In this document: piece by piece, positions 62,471 through 64,000 of the stretch | Numbering within the stretch: the stretch's first letter is position 1 | Layout: each line of letters opens with the position of its first letter | Source: the human T2T-CHM13v2.0 reference genome, Homo sapiens | Length of the DNA stretch: 64,000 bases | Assembly (NCBI RefSeq): GCF_009914755.1 | Contig: NC_060947.1 | Reading direction: 5' to 3' (one strand) | Made by a program: the position numbers and the translations under genes | Notes under the pieces: model-generated | What the model saw: only the letters and a program-made list of their open reading frames with translations | What the model was told of the DNA's origin: nothing | Databases searched by the model: none

Positions 62471-64000
62471 CTATGACTAAGCTCCTAGTTGTAAGCTGGG
62501 TGCTATGTGGGCACAGAAGTAAAATAGAAAAAGAAGCATTCCTCAAATAAGGAATTGTTCCATCCTAAATCACTGTCATGCAATTCACATATCTTTGGCT
62601 TATCTTTTGCAAGAAAAAAGGGTCAAATTTTCTAATGGGAAGAAATTCCATTGTAGACCAAAGGAAGCTCAGTTACTCCTCTGGAAGGACAGCCCATTTG
62701 ATGTTATCTTATATTAATACAGGTAACTTGCCCCAGCCTTAGCTTTTGCGTTTCCTTTTCTGGAAGGCTCTTTCAGCAGAGTTCTGCATGGCTGTTTCCT
62801 GTTCATCATTCCAGCCTCCTCCTATGTACCATTCCCAACCCCACCCCATCACTCTCATTTCCTTATCCTGGGTTTTTCACCAGCTGTTTATCACGAGTTA
62901 ATTAATCAATAACAATAAATGGCCAGTGAGCTCAAAGAAACCCACAACCATTCCCATGCCCTGCTGAAACATGAATGAAGCCTGAATATTGGTTAGTACT
63001 ATTGGTCTTGGGAGAGAGAAATCCTAAAAGGAAGAAAAATAATGACCTTATTAAAAAATCACACTGGCTAGCATTTTGGAGGAGGCTTTACATTTATAGC
63101 TTAATCTCAAATTGATTGTCTCATTTGATGCCTATGAAAAACTCATAGGGTGGGGATTTTCCCCATTCTCAAGGTAGGAAAACTGAGTTTTTGAGATGCC
63201 AAAGAGCACAAAATCACAGAAGGAAGAATCAAAGGCAGGCATCTGAATTCAAAGTCTAAGTTCTTTCAACTTCTCCTAGCTGACTTCTTTATTTTTTCAA
63301 CACACTCTTAAGAATCAACAACCAAGTCCTAAGACTGTACATACATTTGAACTTGATATTAAGTAAATTTAACCCACCAGTATCTAAAATGGGAAATAAG
63401 AGATACAAGGCAAGTCACGTTGGTGTGTTTGTCCCAACCCTACACCCTACTTTCTCCATGTGATTTTTAATGGGGGCCCTTTCTATTTACTGAATTACAA
63501 GAAGGATATCCTGAAAAAGACACTATCAAATTCAGGAAATAGTCAGTTAGTTTGTATTACTGAGTATTTATAAAGCAGTATTATTTTCTTATTTAAAGAA
63601 AATGGAAGTTTTAATTATTATTTATTCCAAAGATTATAAAAGGTGAATAATAAGTGATTTAAGAGAGTATATGATAATGATTACAAATCTATTCAAGAGC
63701 AATTTAAGTTTTTTAGTCTTTAATTTTTCCTATTTAAAAAAGTAATACTTTTTTAAAGAAAACAAACAAAAGCAAAAACCAAAAACAGCAGAAATATACT
63801 GTGAAAAGAAGAAATCTCCTATAGTTCCTCCCCCTGAAGAAAGCCATTGTAAGTAATAATGATAATAATAATATAACTAACATTTGTTGAGTGTAGTAAA
63901 GGCCACACACTGTGCTATTAATTTGTTAAAATTTTCTATGGATATAACAAAATATATGCATAGACATTATGTTATTAATATAACTTGCATCATATTATAT

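Overview
AT-rich primate (human-like: AluY and L1PA2/3-type elements) genomic DNA, intronic or intergenic. I cannot support any intact protein-coding gene, RNA gene or CRISPR array. The main non-repeat feature is a decayed, intronless GOT2 (mitochondrial aspartate aminotransferase) retrocopy on the minus strand (~3488-6470), later interrupted by a THE1 solo LTR and an L1PA 3' fragment. The rest is a dense mosaic of L1 fragments (including a twin-primed, 5'-inverted copy with TSDs), Alus, L2/MIR/CR1 relics, MaLR/ERV LTRs, hAT/Tigger MITEs and microsatellites. All long ORFs are broken L1 ORF2 pieces or chance. The best leads are (i) shared non-consensus substitutions among three neighbouring L1PA copies that differ at subfamily-type sites, suggesting local gene conversion; (ii) a THE1 LTR positioned to drive a spliced transcript antisense to the GOT2 retrocopy; (iii) frame-preserving minus-strand exon candidates; (iv) candidate CTCF and RFX sites. 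I found no convincing new biological system. Repeat subfamily names and consensus comparisons come from memory of consensus sequences and need RepeatMasker/Dfam confirmation. Boundaries of old repeats are approximate.
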